From an uncultured Verrucomicrobiae bacterium (GTDB taxonomy: Bacteria; Verrucomicrobiota; Verrucomicrobiia; Chthoniobacterales; Chthoniobacteraceae): DNA of 64,000 nt. The first letter of the stretch is position 1, and every line of letters starts with the position of its first letter. This document shows, in pieces, positions 48,490 to 58,405 of this stretch. Position numbers and translations under genes: made by a program. The stretch covers positions 576,001-640,000 of the forward strand of contig CAWIKF010000001.1 in NCBI GenBank assembly GCA_963836755.1, given 5' to 3'. The notes beneath the pieces are model-generated. The model ran no database searches, had not been told where the DNA came from, and saw nothing but the letters and a program-made list of their open reading frames with translations.

Positions 48490-51158
48490 TCCTGCGATTG
48501 GCCGACGATGCCGAAGCTGCGCGTCACGAGCGCGGTCCAGCCGGTTTGATGACTCGCGCCGAGGCCGCGTCCCGTCTCGCCGTGAAAATATTCGTGGAAA
48601 AGCACGAGGTCGCGCCAATGCGGATCATCGGCAAAACGGGTATCATCGCCGTTGCACGGACGGCGTCCATTTTCATCCGGCATGAAAATTCCGGAGAGCC
48701 GCCGGGCCAGTTCCTGAGCCACTTCGCAAAGGTTTAACATTTTTCCGGAACCGGTCGGGCACTCGACTTTCAGCTCGTCGCCATAAAAATGGTGATAACG
48801 CTCGAGCGCCTCGATCAGCAGATAATTGAGCGGAAACCAGACCGGCCCGCGCCAGTTGGAATTGCCGCCGAAAAGTCCGCTGCGCGATTCCGCCGGTTCG
48901 TAATCGATGCAATATTCCGTGCCGTCGATCTGCAAAGCGTAAGGGTTTTGATAAACACGTGAAAGCGAGCGGACGCCGTGCGGCGAGAGAAATTCGTTTT
49001 CATCCAGCACGTAGCGCAGCACGCGCAGAAGGCGCTCGCGCGATGGGATCGCGAGCAACCGCCGCGTGAGCGGCTCGCCGTCGAGCGATTTTTTATCCAT
49101 GTAGGAAATGTAGTTCGCGAGATCGGGGCGATTGTGGATGAACCAGCGCAGGCGCTTGCGAAAGCCGGGCAGTTTTTCGATCACGGACTGCTCGAGAATT
49201 TCCACCGCGAAAAGCGGGACGACGCCGACGAGCGATCGCACGCGAAGCGGGATGGCACGGCCCTCGACGAGCAATTGATCGTAATAAAATCCGTCCTCCT
49301 CATTCCAAAGTCCGTTGCCGCCGAGCGAGTTCATCGCATCGACGATATCCACGAAATGCTCGAAAAACTTTGAGGCGATATCTTCGTAAGCTGGCTTCGT
49401 TTGCGCGAGCTCGAGCGCCATCGAAAGCATCGTGCCGCAATAAAAAGCCATCCACGCCGTGCCATCGGCCTGCTGCAGCGCCTGGCCATTCGGAAGCGGT
49501 TTTGAGCGATCGAAAAGTCCGATGTTGTCGAGACCGAGAAAGCCGCCGGAGAAAATGTGCTTGCCGTTGACGTCCTTGCGATTGACCCACCACGTAAAGT
49601 TTAACAAAAGTTTTTGGAACGTGCGCTCGAGAAAAAGTGTGTCGCGCTCGCCGGCGGGAGCGCTGATTTTATAGGCGCGCCAGCAGGCCCACGCGTGCAC
49701 GGGCGGATTCACGTCGCTGAAATTCCACTCGTAAGCGGGGATCGCGCCGCTCGGGTGCAGATACCATTCCCGCAAAAAAAGCAGGAGCTGCGACTTCGCG
49801 AAATCCGGATCGAGACGCGAAAATGGGATCATGTGAAAAGCGAGATCCCACGCGGCATACCACGGATATTCCCATTTCTCCGGCATCGAAATCACGTCGC
49901 TGTTAAACAAGTTTAGCCAGTCGAAATTCCGCGTGTGCGCGTGGCCCGGCGGCGGGGGCGGCATTGCGGGGTCGCCGGCGAGCCAATCCTTGATGATGTA
50001 ATTGTAAAACTGCTTTGTCCAAAGCAGCCCGGCATAGGCCTGGCGGACGATGGCGCGCTGCGGGTCGGTCAGCGTCGACGCAACTTTTTCCGCGTAGAAC
50101 GCATCGGCCTCCGCGATGCGTTTCGCGAAAATTTCTTCAAAGTCTGTGAACGCATCGTTGTCGTTTGTTGCCGAACCGTTTGTCTTCGGGCGCAAGCGCA
50201 TCCGCAGCGTCGCGCTTTCTCCGCTCGCGAGGTTCAAGACGTAATGCGGCGCGGCCTTTGTGCCGACGGCGCTGGGATTCACGGCGTCGGTTTTTCCATT
50301 CACGACAAATTCGTGAAACGCATCTTTAACAAATGGAGAAGCATTCGCAGAGTTGAACAAGCGTTGCTCGTTCGTTTCATTCTCGGTGAAAAGAAACGGC
50401 GCTTCTGTCTCGATGAAAAATTCAAACTGCCCGAGCCCCGGGTGCGTCGCGATCAGCGCGGAAGCGCTCTGTTGCTCGATTCGCGGCTTGAGCGTGCAGC
50501 CTTCGTGCGAACAGCCCCAGCTCCAGGTGTTGCGAAAAAAGAGCGTCGGCAAAACGTGAATCTCCGCAGCGTCAGGCCCTCGATTGGCGATGGTCAGCCG
50601 GATGAGAATGTCGTCGGGCGCGGCTTTCGCGTATTCCGCCGTCACGTCGAAGTAGCGCGATTCGTCGAAAATGCCGGTGTCGAGCAATTCGAATTCGCGC
50701 TCGTCCTTCCCACGGCGCGCGTTTTCCTCGATCAGCCGCGCATACGGAAATTCCGCGTGCGGGTATTTGTAGAGCCCTTTCGCGTAGGAATGCGTCGGCG
50801 TCGCGTCGAGGTAGAAATAACATTCCTTCACATCCTCGCCGTGATTTCCCTGCGGATTCGAGAGGCCGAAAAGGCGCTCTTTTAAAATGGGATCGCGGCC
50901 ATTCCAAAGCGCGAGCGCAAAGCAGAGACGGCATTCGCGGTCGCACCAGCCGAGCAGGCCGTCCTCGCCCCAGCGGTAGGCGCGGCTGCGCGCGTGATCG
51001 TGCGGGAGATAATTCCACGCGTCGCCGTCGGCCGAATAATCCTCGCGCACGGTGCCCCATTGGCGCTCGGAAAGGTAGGTGCCCCAGCGCTTCCAATTCT
51101 GCGCGCGCGCCGCGTCTTCATCGAGGCGCTGTTGCTCTGCGATCGGCGCGTCAGGCAT
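48486..51158 (-). CDS. GH63/MGH1-like glucosidase
   Basis: SERQWGTVREDYS, WEYPWYAAWDLAFH, NSNWRGPVW, EYFHGETGRGLGASHQTGWT. Confidence 0.85.
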   Translation of the reverse strand: MPDAPIAEQQRLDEDAARAQNWKRWGTYLSERQWGTVREDYSADGDAWNYLPHDHARSRAYRWGEDGLLGWCDRECRLCFALALWNGRDPILKERLFGLSNPQGNHGEDVKECYFYLDATPTHSYAKGLYKYPHAEFPYARLIEENARRGKDEREFELLDTGIFDESRYFDVTAEYAKAAPDDILIRLTIANRGPDAAEIHVLPTLFFRNTWSWGCSHEGCTLKPRIEQQSASALIATHPGLGQFEFFIETEAPFLFTENETNEQRLFNSANASPFVKDAFHEFVVNGKTDAVNPSAVGTKAAPHYVLNLASGESATLRMRLRPKTNGSATNDNDAFTDFEEIFAKRIAEADAFYAEKVASTLTDPQRAIVRQAYAGLLWTKQFYNYIIKDWLAGDPAMPPPPPGHAHTRNFDWLNLFNSDVISMPEKWEYPWYAAWDLAFHMIPFSRLDPDFAKSQLLLFLREWYLHPSGAIPAYEWNFSDVNPPVHAWACWRAYKISAPAGERDTLFLERTFQKLLLNFTWWVNRKDVNGKHIFSGGFLGLDNIGLFDRSKPLPNGQALQQADGTAWMAFYCGTMLSMALELAQTKPAYEDIASKFFEHFVDIVDAMNSLGGNGLWNEEDGFYYDQLLVEGRAIPLRVRSLVGVVPLFAVEILEQSVIEKLPGFRKRLRWFIHNRPDLANYISYMDKKSLDGEPLTRRLLAIPSRERLLRVLRYVLDENEFLSPHGVRSLSRVYQNPYALQIDGTEYCIDYEPAESRSGLFGGNSNWRGPVWFPLNYLLIEALERYHHFYGDELKVECPTGSGKMLNLCEVAQELARRLSGIFMPDENGRRPCNGDDTRFADDPHWRDLVLFHEYFHGETGRGLGASHQTGWTALVTRSFGIVGQSQE

Positions 51159-52264
51159 TTACCTGGATCACGTTTTTAATTCCGGTCGCCGGACCGAGCA
51201 CAAGATTCTCCAGATCGCTCATCGGGAAATGTCCGGTGATGAGCGATTCGGTCGCTCCCGGCCAGCGTGCGGAAAATTTCCCGAGGTCCTCGATCGCCGC
51301 GATGTATGCGCCGCGGCCGGCGTTGACGGAGCCGAAGACGACCTGATTTTTCAAGACGAGATTGCGCATGATGAGATCGGTATCGAGCTCGACGGGTGCT
51401 TTGCGGCCCGGCACTCCGGTGAAAATGAAAATGCCGTTTGTGCCGAGGACGCGGAGAGTGTCGAACGCGAATTTCGATGCGCCGGTCGCTTCGTAAACGA
51501 GATCGATGTTGCCAATTTCCTGCGCGAGCTGGTCGATGGTGTGGTCGCTCGATGAGATGTAAGTGCCGCCGATTTTTTGCACGAGCTCTGAGCTCGGATT
51601 CGGCGCGGCGTCGCGCGAGTAAACAAATGTTTTAAAACCTGCGATGACCAGCGCCATCGCGCCGAGCAGGCCGACGGGGCCCGCGCCGAGCACGAGCGCT
51701 TTGTGCACGTAGCTGTCCGTCGCGTCCGACGGCTCGCCCCACGGCAGCCGCTTTTGCATTTGCAAAGCCTCCGAGATCGCCTTCTCCGCGATCGTCAGCG
51801 GCTCGGTCAGCACGCCGACGTCGTTGCAATTCCGGCGGCACGCGAAACATGTATTTCTCCTCGTCCACGACGAGCTCCGTCATGAAGCCGTGCAGCTCAT
51901 CGATGCCGCGTTCCTTGAAGTCGCCGGTGTAACAAAAATCCTGCCGCCCCGCGCGGCACGCGTAGCACTCGGGATGATCGCACGGCCTGCGAACCATGGT
52001 CACCACTAGATCGCCGGGTTTTAAACTTTGCACGCCAGAGCCGATCTCGATGACTTCGCCGAGCGATTCGTGACCGAGCACGAGGTAGTCGGAGCCGGCT
52101 GGCGGGCGGCCGTAATCGAAATGGCAAATCTCCTTGTCGGTGCCGCAGACGCCGACTTCGCGCATGCGAAGTTTTACTTCCGTGGGCGACGAAATTTGCG
52201 GCTCGGGATGATCGTCGATGACTTTGATCTCGTGAGTTTTTGGAAAAACGGCGACGGCTCTCAT
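51151..52264 (-). pseudogene. Zinc-dependent glucose 1-dehydrogenase split by a +1 frameshift near 51825
   Basis: N half GVCGTD, LGHE, CxxxxCxxC; C half LTEPL, VLGAGPVG, EATG, FGSVNA in another frame. Confidence 0.75.
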
Positions 52265-52336
52265 TGGAATCACGATGCCAGAGGTCGAGCGAAACCACAG
52301 TTGAATTTTTCAATTCACCCGCTAAGCTTCCGCGTC

Positions 52337-52405
52337 ATGATCGTTTGTTTAAACAGCCGACTTAAGCCGCTCCGGGCCCAGCTCGGAGCGATTCTGTTTT
52401 TCTAA
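52337..52405 (+). promoter_or_regulatory. Candidate leuA leader peptide with terminator-like hairpin
   Basis: 22-aa ORF MIVCLNSRLKPLRAQLGAILFF; stem CGCTCCGGGC/GCTCGGAGCG (52368-52390) followed by a T-rich tract. Confidence 0.4.
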
Positions 52406-52465
52406 CCCGGCTGCGCTGCTCATGGTGGAGGCGGCGGAGGCCGCGCGTCTTTTCCACCGTGAATT

Positions 52466-54127
52466 ATGATTTCAAATCCAGGCAGCAAATATCGTCCTTT
52501 CCCGCCCGTCGCCTTGCCGAACAGGCAATGGCCCGACCGCGTCCTCACCGCCGCGCCCACATGGTGCAGCGTCGATCTGCGCGATGGCAACCAGGCACTC
52601 GCCGTGCCGATGAACGTCGCGCAAAAACTTGCGCTCTTTGACGCGCTGGTCCGTTGCGGCTTCAAGGAAATCGAAGTCGGTTTCCCATCGGCCTCCAATA
52701 CCGAATACGAATTCATGCGCCGCCTCATCGAGGACGGCCGCATCCCCGACGACGTCACCATTCAAGTCCTCGTGCAGGCTCGCGAAGATTTGATCGAGCG
52801 CACCGTCGAGTCGCTGGCCGGCGCGAAACGCGCGATCATCCACATGTATAACAGCACGTCGCCCGCGCAGCGCCGGTGGGTCTTCGGCTTGGAAAAAGAA
52901 GACATCGTCAAAATCGCCACGCGCGGCGCGCGCTGGATCAAGGAACGCCTCCCGCGCCTCGGCCAGACCGACGTCCACTTTCAATATTCCCCCGAAAGTT
53001 TCTCCGCCACCGAAGTGGATTTCGCGCTCGAGATTTGCGAGGCGGTCATGGAAACGTGGCAGCCGACGCCCGAGCGGAAAATCATCCTGAATCTCCCCGA
53101 CACCGTCGAGGTCGCCATGCCGAACGTCTATGCCGACCAGATCGAATGGTTCTGCACGCATTTAAAAAATCGCGACCGCGCCATCATCAGCCTCCACACG
53201 CACAACGACCGCGGCACAGGCGTCGCCGCCACCGAGCTCGGCCTCCTCGCCGGAGCCGAGCGCGTCGAGGGCACACTTTTCGGCAACGGCGAGCGCACCG
53301 GCAATCTCGACATCGTCATCGTCGCCCTCAATCTCTACATGCACGGCATCCACCCCGGCCTCGACTTCTCGCACCTCAACGAACTGCGCGAAATCTACGA
53401 ACGCTGCACCGGCATGACCGTCCCGCCCCGCCAGCCCTACGCCGGCGAGCTCGTCTTCACCGCATTCTCCGGCTCCCATCAGGACGCCATTAAAAAAGGA
53501 CTCGCAGGCCGCGGTGGCGCCGGCGCGATCTGGGACGTGCCGTATCTGACCATCGACCCCGACGACATCGGCCGCCATTACCGCGAAGTCATTCGCGTCA
53601 ATTCCCAGTCCGGCAAAGGCGGCGTCGCCTACCTGCTCGAGAGCGAATGCGGCATCATCCTGCCAAAAGACATGCAGCGCGAGTTCGGCCCCATCGCCAA
53701 CGACGAAATCGACCGCCTCGGCCGCGAAGTCAGCGCCGACGAGCTCCGCCAGCTCTTCGCCCGCGAATACCTCGACCGCGCGAGCCCGCTCGCGTTGCAG
53801 CACTTTCACGCCGACGGCACAGGCGGCAAGACCCGCTGCCGCTCCACCGTCGTCCGCGACGGCGCGCAGCTCGATTTGACCGGCGAAGGCAACGGCCCCA
53901 TCGCCGCCTTCGTCGAGGCTTTGAAAAACGCCGGCCTCCCGCGCTTCGAGATCGCCACCTATTATGAACACGCCATCGGCGGCGGCGCGGCGGCCTCCGC
54001 CATCGCCTACATCCAGATCAAACTTGCCGACGGACGCGCCCGCTGGGGCGCCGCCATCGACACGAACATCGAGCTCGCCCCGATCAAAGCTCTTCTCAGC
54101 GCGTTAAACCGCTCGCTTAAGGGATAA
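52466..54127 (+). CDS. leuA: 2-isopropylmalate synthase (yeast/actinobacterial type)
   Basis: WCSVDLRDGNQAL, SLHTHNDRG, GNGERTGN, AFSGSHQDAIKKG, GNGPIAA. Confidence 0.95.
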   Translation: MISNPGSKYRPFPPVALPNRQWPDRVLTAAPTWCSVDLRDGNQALAVPMNVAQKLALFDALVRCGFKEIEVGFPSASNTEYEFMRRLIEDGRIPDDVTIQVLVQAREDLIERTVESLAGAKRAIIHMYNSTSPAQRRWVFGLEKEDIVKIATRGARWIKERLPRLGQTDVHFQYSPESFSATEVDFALEICEAVMETWQPTPERKIILNLPDTVEVAMPNVYADQIEWFCTHLKNRDRAIISLHTHNDRGTGVAATELGLLAGAERVEGTLFGNGERTGNLDIVIVALNLYMHGIHPGLDFSHLNELREIYERCTGMTVPPRQPYAGELVFTAFSGSHQDAIKKGLAGRGGAGAIWDVPYLTIDPDDIGRHYREVIRVNSQSGKGGVAYLLESECGIILPKDMQREFGPIANDEIDRLGREVSADELRQLFAREYLDRASPLALQHFHADGTGGKTRCRSTVVRDGAQLDLTGEGNGPIAAFVEALKNAGLPRFEIATYYEHAIGGGAAASAIAYIQIKLADGRARWGAAIDTNIELAPIKALLSALNRSLKG

Positions 54128-54135
54128 CCGGTCGC

Positions 54136-54443
54136 GGTGGCAACCGGTCGGCAATTGGTGCCGACGGGACTGAGATTAGCGCCCACCGGAACGGAAATGG
54201 TGACCACCTTTTGGGAATGGTGCCCACCTTTTGGAAATGGTGACCACCTCTTTGAAAATGGTGACCACCTTTTGGAAATGGTGACCACCTTTTTGGAAAT
54301 GGTGACCACCTTTTTGGAAATGGTGACCACCTTTTTGGAAATGGTGACCACCTTTTGGAAAATGGTGCCCACCTTTTTGAAATGGTGACCACCTTTTTGA
54401 AATGGTGACCACCTTTTTGAAATGGTGGCGACTTTTCGCAACC
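54136..54443. repeat. 20/21-nt tandem array (GGTGACCACC-T4/5-GGAAAT)
   Basis: Eleven near-identical units at 54199-54423, three degenerate 21-nt units before and one after. Confidence 0.93.
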
Positions 54444-54539
54444 AGTTTCGGCCGTTTACTCTGTAGACCCGCTGGAAAAAAGGCACAGTCGCCTGAAATC
54501 GCATCGACAGTTCAGAGCTTCCAGAGCAAAAATCCCCCC

Positions 54540-56663
54540 ATGCACCCTCCATTCAACACTCGCTTCGCACGCGCCTTCCTGGTCGTCGCGGTTTTAACTT
54601 TAGCGCCAATTGCCAGCGGTTGGGCGGCGGCGCGAGTGGATCAAGAGCTGCCGGACGGCTGGAAGTTCATCAAGGACGATGCGGGTGCGACAGCCGCGAC
54701 CACGAACTGGGAAAAGGTTACCATCCCGCACACTTGGAACACCGTCGACGCCGACAAGGGCGACCACGGGAAGGACCCGCATTATAAAAATGGCTATTAT
54801 CGCGGCGCTTGCTGGTATTCCCGCACTATCGACGCGCCTGCAGCGTGGAAGGGAAAACGCGTTTTCGTCCGGTTCGAGGCCGCGTCGCTCGTCGCGAAAG
54901 TTTACCTCAACGGACAGGAACTCGGCGAGCATCGCGGCGCATTCACCGCGTTTTGCTTCGAGTTGACCCCGCTGCTGCATCCCGGCGCGAACGAACTCCG
55001 GGTCCAGGTTGACAACTCGGGCCAAAAAGATGTCCCGCCCCTCGGCGGCGATTTCAACGTCGATGGCGGCATTTACCGCCCCGTCCATCTCATCGTCACC
55101 GACCCGGTCTGCATCACGCCGCTGGATTTCGCGTCGCCCGGCGTGTTCGCGAGCACGAAGTCAGTCAACGCCGCCGCCGCGCAAATCTCAGTCGCGGCGC
55201 TCATTTCCAATGGCAAATCCGCAGCCGCGCAGGTGCGGGTGAAAACTGACATCACCGACGCGAGCGGAGCCGTGGTGGCCACGCAAACCCGTCCCGCGAC
55301 CATCGCTGCGGGCAAGACCGAGCCGGCAAACTTTACCCTGAACGTCGCGTCGCCGCACCGCTGGAACGGACGGAAGGACCCATATCTTTATACCGTGAGG
55401 GTTTCCGTCGAGGGCGGCGAGGCTTCGGACGCGGTCAGCCAGCCGCTCGGCATTCGCACAGTCGAGATCACCGAGGCGCAAGGCTTTCTTCTCAATGGCC
55501 AATCCTACCCGATCCACGGCGTGAACCGGCATCAGGATTGGGGCGGGCAGGGATGGGCCGCGACGCCTGCGAACTTTGACGAGGATGCGCAGATCATGCT
55601 GGACATGGGCGTGACCGCCGTCCGGCTGGCGCATTATCCGCAGAGCGATTACTGGCACAACCTCTGCGACCGCAACGGCATTCTCCTTTGGAACGAAATC
55701 TCGCTGGTGAATCTCATTTCCGACTCGCCGGAGTTTGCCGCCAATGCCGAGCAGCAGCTCCGCGAGATGATCCTCCAGCGTTACAACCACCCGAGCGTCG
55801 CCTTTTGGGGACTCTTCAACGAGCTGGGATTGAGCACCACGAAGCCGCCGGATGCGTTGTTGCAACATCTCAAGGAGGTGACGAACCAACTCGACCCGTC
55901 GCGCCTGATCGTCTGCGCCATTTACAGCAAACACCGAAGCTACAACCAGATCGCCGACCATCCGTGCTTCAACATTTACCCCGGCTGGTATGCCGGAATC
56001 GATAATTTCGAAAAGCTGATCGCCGAGTGCCATGACGAGGTCGGCAAGCGAATCGCCATCAGCGAATACGGCGCGGGCGCAACCCCGGCCGCCGACCAGC
56101 AACAGGAAGGGCCTTTGACGCAAAAACGCGGCGGCAAGCTCCACTCGGAGCAATGGCAGGTCCACGTGCACGAGGTGCTCTGGGCGAATTTCAAGGACAA
56201 CCCGATGCTCTGGGGCACCTTCGTCTGGTGCATGTTCGACTTTCAATCCGCGCGCCGTCACGAGGGCGGCTATGTCGGCGTGAACGACAAGGGCTTGGTC
56301 ACCGAGGATCGCAAGATCAAGAAGGACGCCTATTATTTCTACCAGGCGAACTGGACGCAAAAGCCGATGATCCACATCGCCTCCAGTCGGCTCGACCAGC
56401 GAAAGATCGCGACGACGTCGATCGAAGTTTTTTCAAATTGCAGCAAAGTCGAGCTGACCGTGAATGGGAAGGCGCTGCCAGCGGTCGCGCCCGATGGCGT
56501 CAAAGTTTTCCGTTGGGAGAATGTGGAGCTGAAAGTTGGAATCAACGAGATCGTGGCGAGGGCAACGTCCCCGCAAGGCCCCATCACCGACTCGTGCAAA
56601 TGGTCTCTCGTCGGCGATACGAATAGCTCCGTCGCTGCCCCATCAGGAACGCCGGCGCCTTAG
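54540..56663 (+). CDS. Secreted GH2 glycoside hydrolase (beta-galactosidase-like)
   Basis: GGIYRPV, GVNRHQD, RLAHYP, NHPSVAFWGLFNE, SEYGAG, NDKGLVT. Confidence 0.9.
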   Translation: MHPPFNTRFARAFLVVAVLTLAPIASGWAAARVDQELPDGWKFIKDDAGATAATTNWEKVTIPHTWNTVDADKGDHGKDPHYKNGYYRGACWYSRTIDAPAAWKGKRVFVRFEAASLVAKVYLNGQELGEHRGAFTAFCFELTPLLHPGANELRVQVDNSGQKDVPPLGGDFNVDGGIYRPVHLIVTDPVCITPLDFASPGVFASTKSVNAAAAQISVAALISNGKSAAAQVRVKTDITDASGAVVATQTRPATIAAGKTEPANFTLNVASPHRWNGRKDPYLYTVRVSVEGGEASDAVSQPLGIRTVEITEAQGFLLNGQSYPIHGVNRHQDWGGQGWAATPANFDEDAQIMLDMGVTAVRLAHYPQSDYWHNLCDRNGILLWNEISLVNLISDSPEFAANAEQQLREMILQRYNHPSVAFWGLFNELGLSTTKPPDALLQHLKEVTNQLDPSRLIVCAIYSKHRSYNQIADHPCFNIYPGWYAGIDNFEKLIAECHDEVGKRIAISEYGAGATPAADQQQEGPLTQKRGGKLHSEQWQVHVHEVLWANFKDNPMLWGTFVWCMFDFQSARRHEGGYVGVNDKGLVTEDRKIKKDAYYFYQANWTQKPMIHIASSRLDQRKIATTSIEVFSNCSKVELTVNGKALPAVAPDGVKVFRWENVELKVGINEIVARATSPQGPITDSCKWSLVGDTNSSVAAPSGTPAP

Positions 56664-57388
56664 TGCGCCGCCAGGGCGGCCTTGATCGAAGCGGCCACGT
56701 GCTGCGCGAGGAGTTGATAACCCTCCTTGCTGAAGTGCACGTTGTTCTTCGCTTGCAGTTGCGCTTCCTTCGGCAGGATCGCGTGGTAGAGATCGTCCGT
56801 CGGGATTTTGTTGTCGGCCATCACGTGCGCGGCGATTTCGTTATATTTCAACACGTCGGCTGCGATGCGGGGAGGACTCAGTCTCGTTGAGTCGGGCACC
56901 GGCGTTGTCGAGGCCCAAATCAGTTTCGCGCCGGTCGCCTGCAGGCGTTTGACCAGTTCGCGCAGATTTTTCTCATACTGATCGGGCGGCACTTGCAGGA
57001 TGGGATCGGTGAGGCCGCCTTTCATGATCTTGATGTCGTGCAGGCCAAAGTTGAAATGGATGACATCCCACTTTGCCGGCGTCTGGCCGGCGGGCGTATC
57101 GACGGCGAGCCAGGTGTCGAGGCCCGCAAGACCGGCGGTCGTCGGGCCGGAATTTGCGGCGGGGCGATGGACGTTGGCGACGCCTTTGAGCAGCTCGCGC
57201 ACGAGCGGCGTGTAACCCAGTGAAATCGAATCCCCGATCAACAACACGCGCGGCAATCCCGGTTGATCGGTCACGCCCGCCATCGCCGGGTCGTTCTTTT
57301 TTTCACCGCCCGGCTCGGGCGTGTAAGCGGCGTGGGCCAGCGTGCAGGCGCACAGGGAAAGCAACGGGAGGAGTTTGGTGAGTTTCAT
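56660..57388 (-). CDS. Secreted SGNH/GDSL hydrolase
   Basis: GDSIS, NFGLHD, NVHF; signal peptide from MKLTK. Confidence 0.85.
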   Translation of the reverse strand: MKLTKLLPLLSLCACTLAHAAYTPEPGGEKKNDPAMAGVTDQPGLPRVLLIGDSISLGYTPLVRELLKGVANVHRPAANSGPTTAGLAGLDTWLAVDTPAGQTPAKWDVIHFNFGLHDIKIMKGGLTDPILQVPPDQYEKNLRELVKRLQATGAKLIWASTTPVPDSTRLSPPRIAADVLKYNEIAAHVMADNKIPTDDLYHAILPKEAQLQAKNNVHFSKEGYQLLAQHVAASIKAALAAH

Positions 57389-57390
57389 GT

Positions 57391-58380
57391 TTAGGAGCAC
57401 AGCCAGCGTAATATTTCGCGGGCGGCGTAGGTGACGATCAAATCCGCGCCTGCGCGCTTGAAGCCGGTCATCGTTTCCATCATCGCCGCGCGCTCGTCGA
57501 GCCAGCCATTTTGCGCGGCGGCCTTGACCATGGAGTATTCGCCGCTGGTGTGGTAAATCGCGGTCGGGACTTGAAAGCGTTCCTTCACGCGCCAAAGCAC
57601 GTCGAGATACGGCAGACCGGGCTTGAGGAGGATCATGTCGGCGCCTTCCTCCAGGTCCGTGGCGACTTCGCGCAAAGCCTCGGCGCAGTTCGCGGCGTCC
57701 ATCTGGTAGGTGCGGCGGTCGCCAAACTGCGGCGCGCTTTCGGCGGCGTCGCGGAATGGGCCGTAAAAGGCGGATGCGAACTTCGCCGCATAGCTCATGA
57801 GAATGGTGCCCGCGCATCCGGCGTCGTCGAGCGCGTCGCGGATCGCGCCGATGCGGCCATCCATCATGTCACTCGGCGCGACGATGTCCGCGCCTGCTTT
57901 CGCGTGTGATACAGCCGTTTTGGCGAGCAGCTCGAGCGATTCGTCGTTCAGGATTTGCTCGCCGTCGACGATGCCGCAATGACCGTGGCTCATGTATTCG
58001 CAAAGGCAGACATCGGTGATGACGACGAGCTGCGGCGCGGATTTTTTAATCGCGCGGACGGCGCGCTGGACGATGCCATTTTCCGCATACGCCTGCGACG
58101 CGCGCTCATCTTTTTCGCGCGGAATCCCGAAGAGCAGAACCGTGCGGATGCCCTCTGCATAAGCTTCCGCGGCCTGCGCGACCGCTTCTTCGAGCGAAAA
58201 CTGCGAGACGCCCGGCATGGTGGCGATTGGCTGCGCGGCGGAAACTTTTTCGCTGATGAAAAGCGGCCAGATGAGGTCCTTCGCGAGGAGGGAATTTTCA
58301 CGGACGAGCTCGCGCACGGCGGCGCGGGCGCGCAGGCGGCGCGGACGCCGGGCCAAGTTGGCGGTTGAATTTTCCGGCAT
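57391..58380 (-). CDS. hemB: Porphobilinogen synthase
   Basis: DVCLCEYMSHGHCG, APSDMMDGR, SAFYGPFRDA, SGEYSM. Confidence 0.96.
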   Translation of the reverse strand: MPENSTANLARRPRRLRARAAVRELVRENSLLAKDLIWPLFISEKVSAAQPIATMPGVSQFSLEEAVAQAAEAYAEGIRTVLLFGIPREKDERASQAYAENGIVQRAVRAIKKSAPQLVVITDVCLCEYMSHGHCGIVDGEQILNDESLELLAKTAVSHAKAGADIVAPSDMMDGRIGAIRDALDDAGCAGTILMSYAAKFASAFYGPFRDAAESAPQFGDRRTYQMDAANCAEALREVATDLEEGADMILLKPGLPYLDVLWRVKERFQVPTAIYHTSGEYSMVKAAAQNGWLDERAAMMETMTGFKRAGADLIVTYAAREILRWLCS

Positions 58381-58405
58381 GCGCAGACCACGCTACACGG
58401 CGCGC

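Noticed and set aside
54136..54443. CRISPR array
   Set aside because: Units are directly tandem with no unique spacers, and no cas genes are in the window
54007..54552. ORFs with KVVTISK, RWSPFPK or GGHHFQK repeats
   Set aside because: These are translations of the DNA tandem array in several frames; mixed 20/21-nt units shift frame
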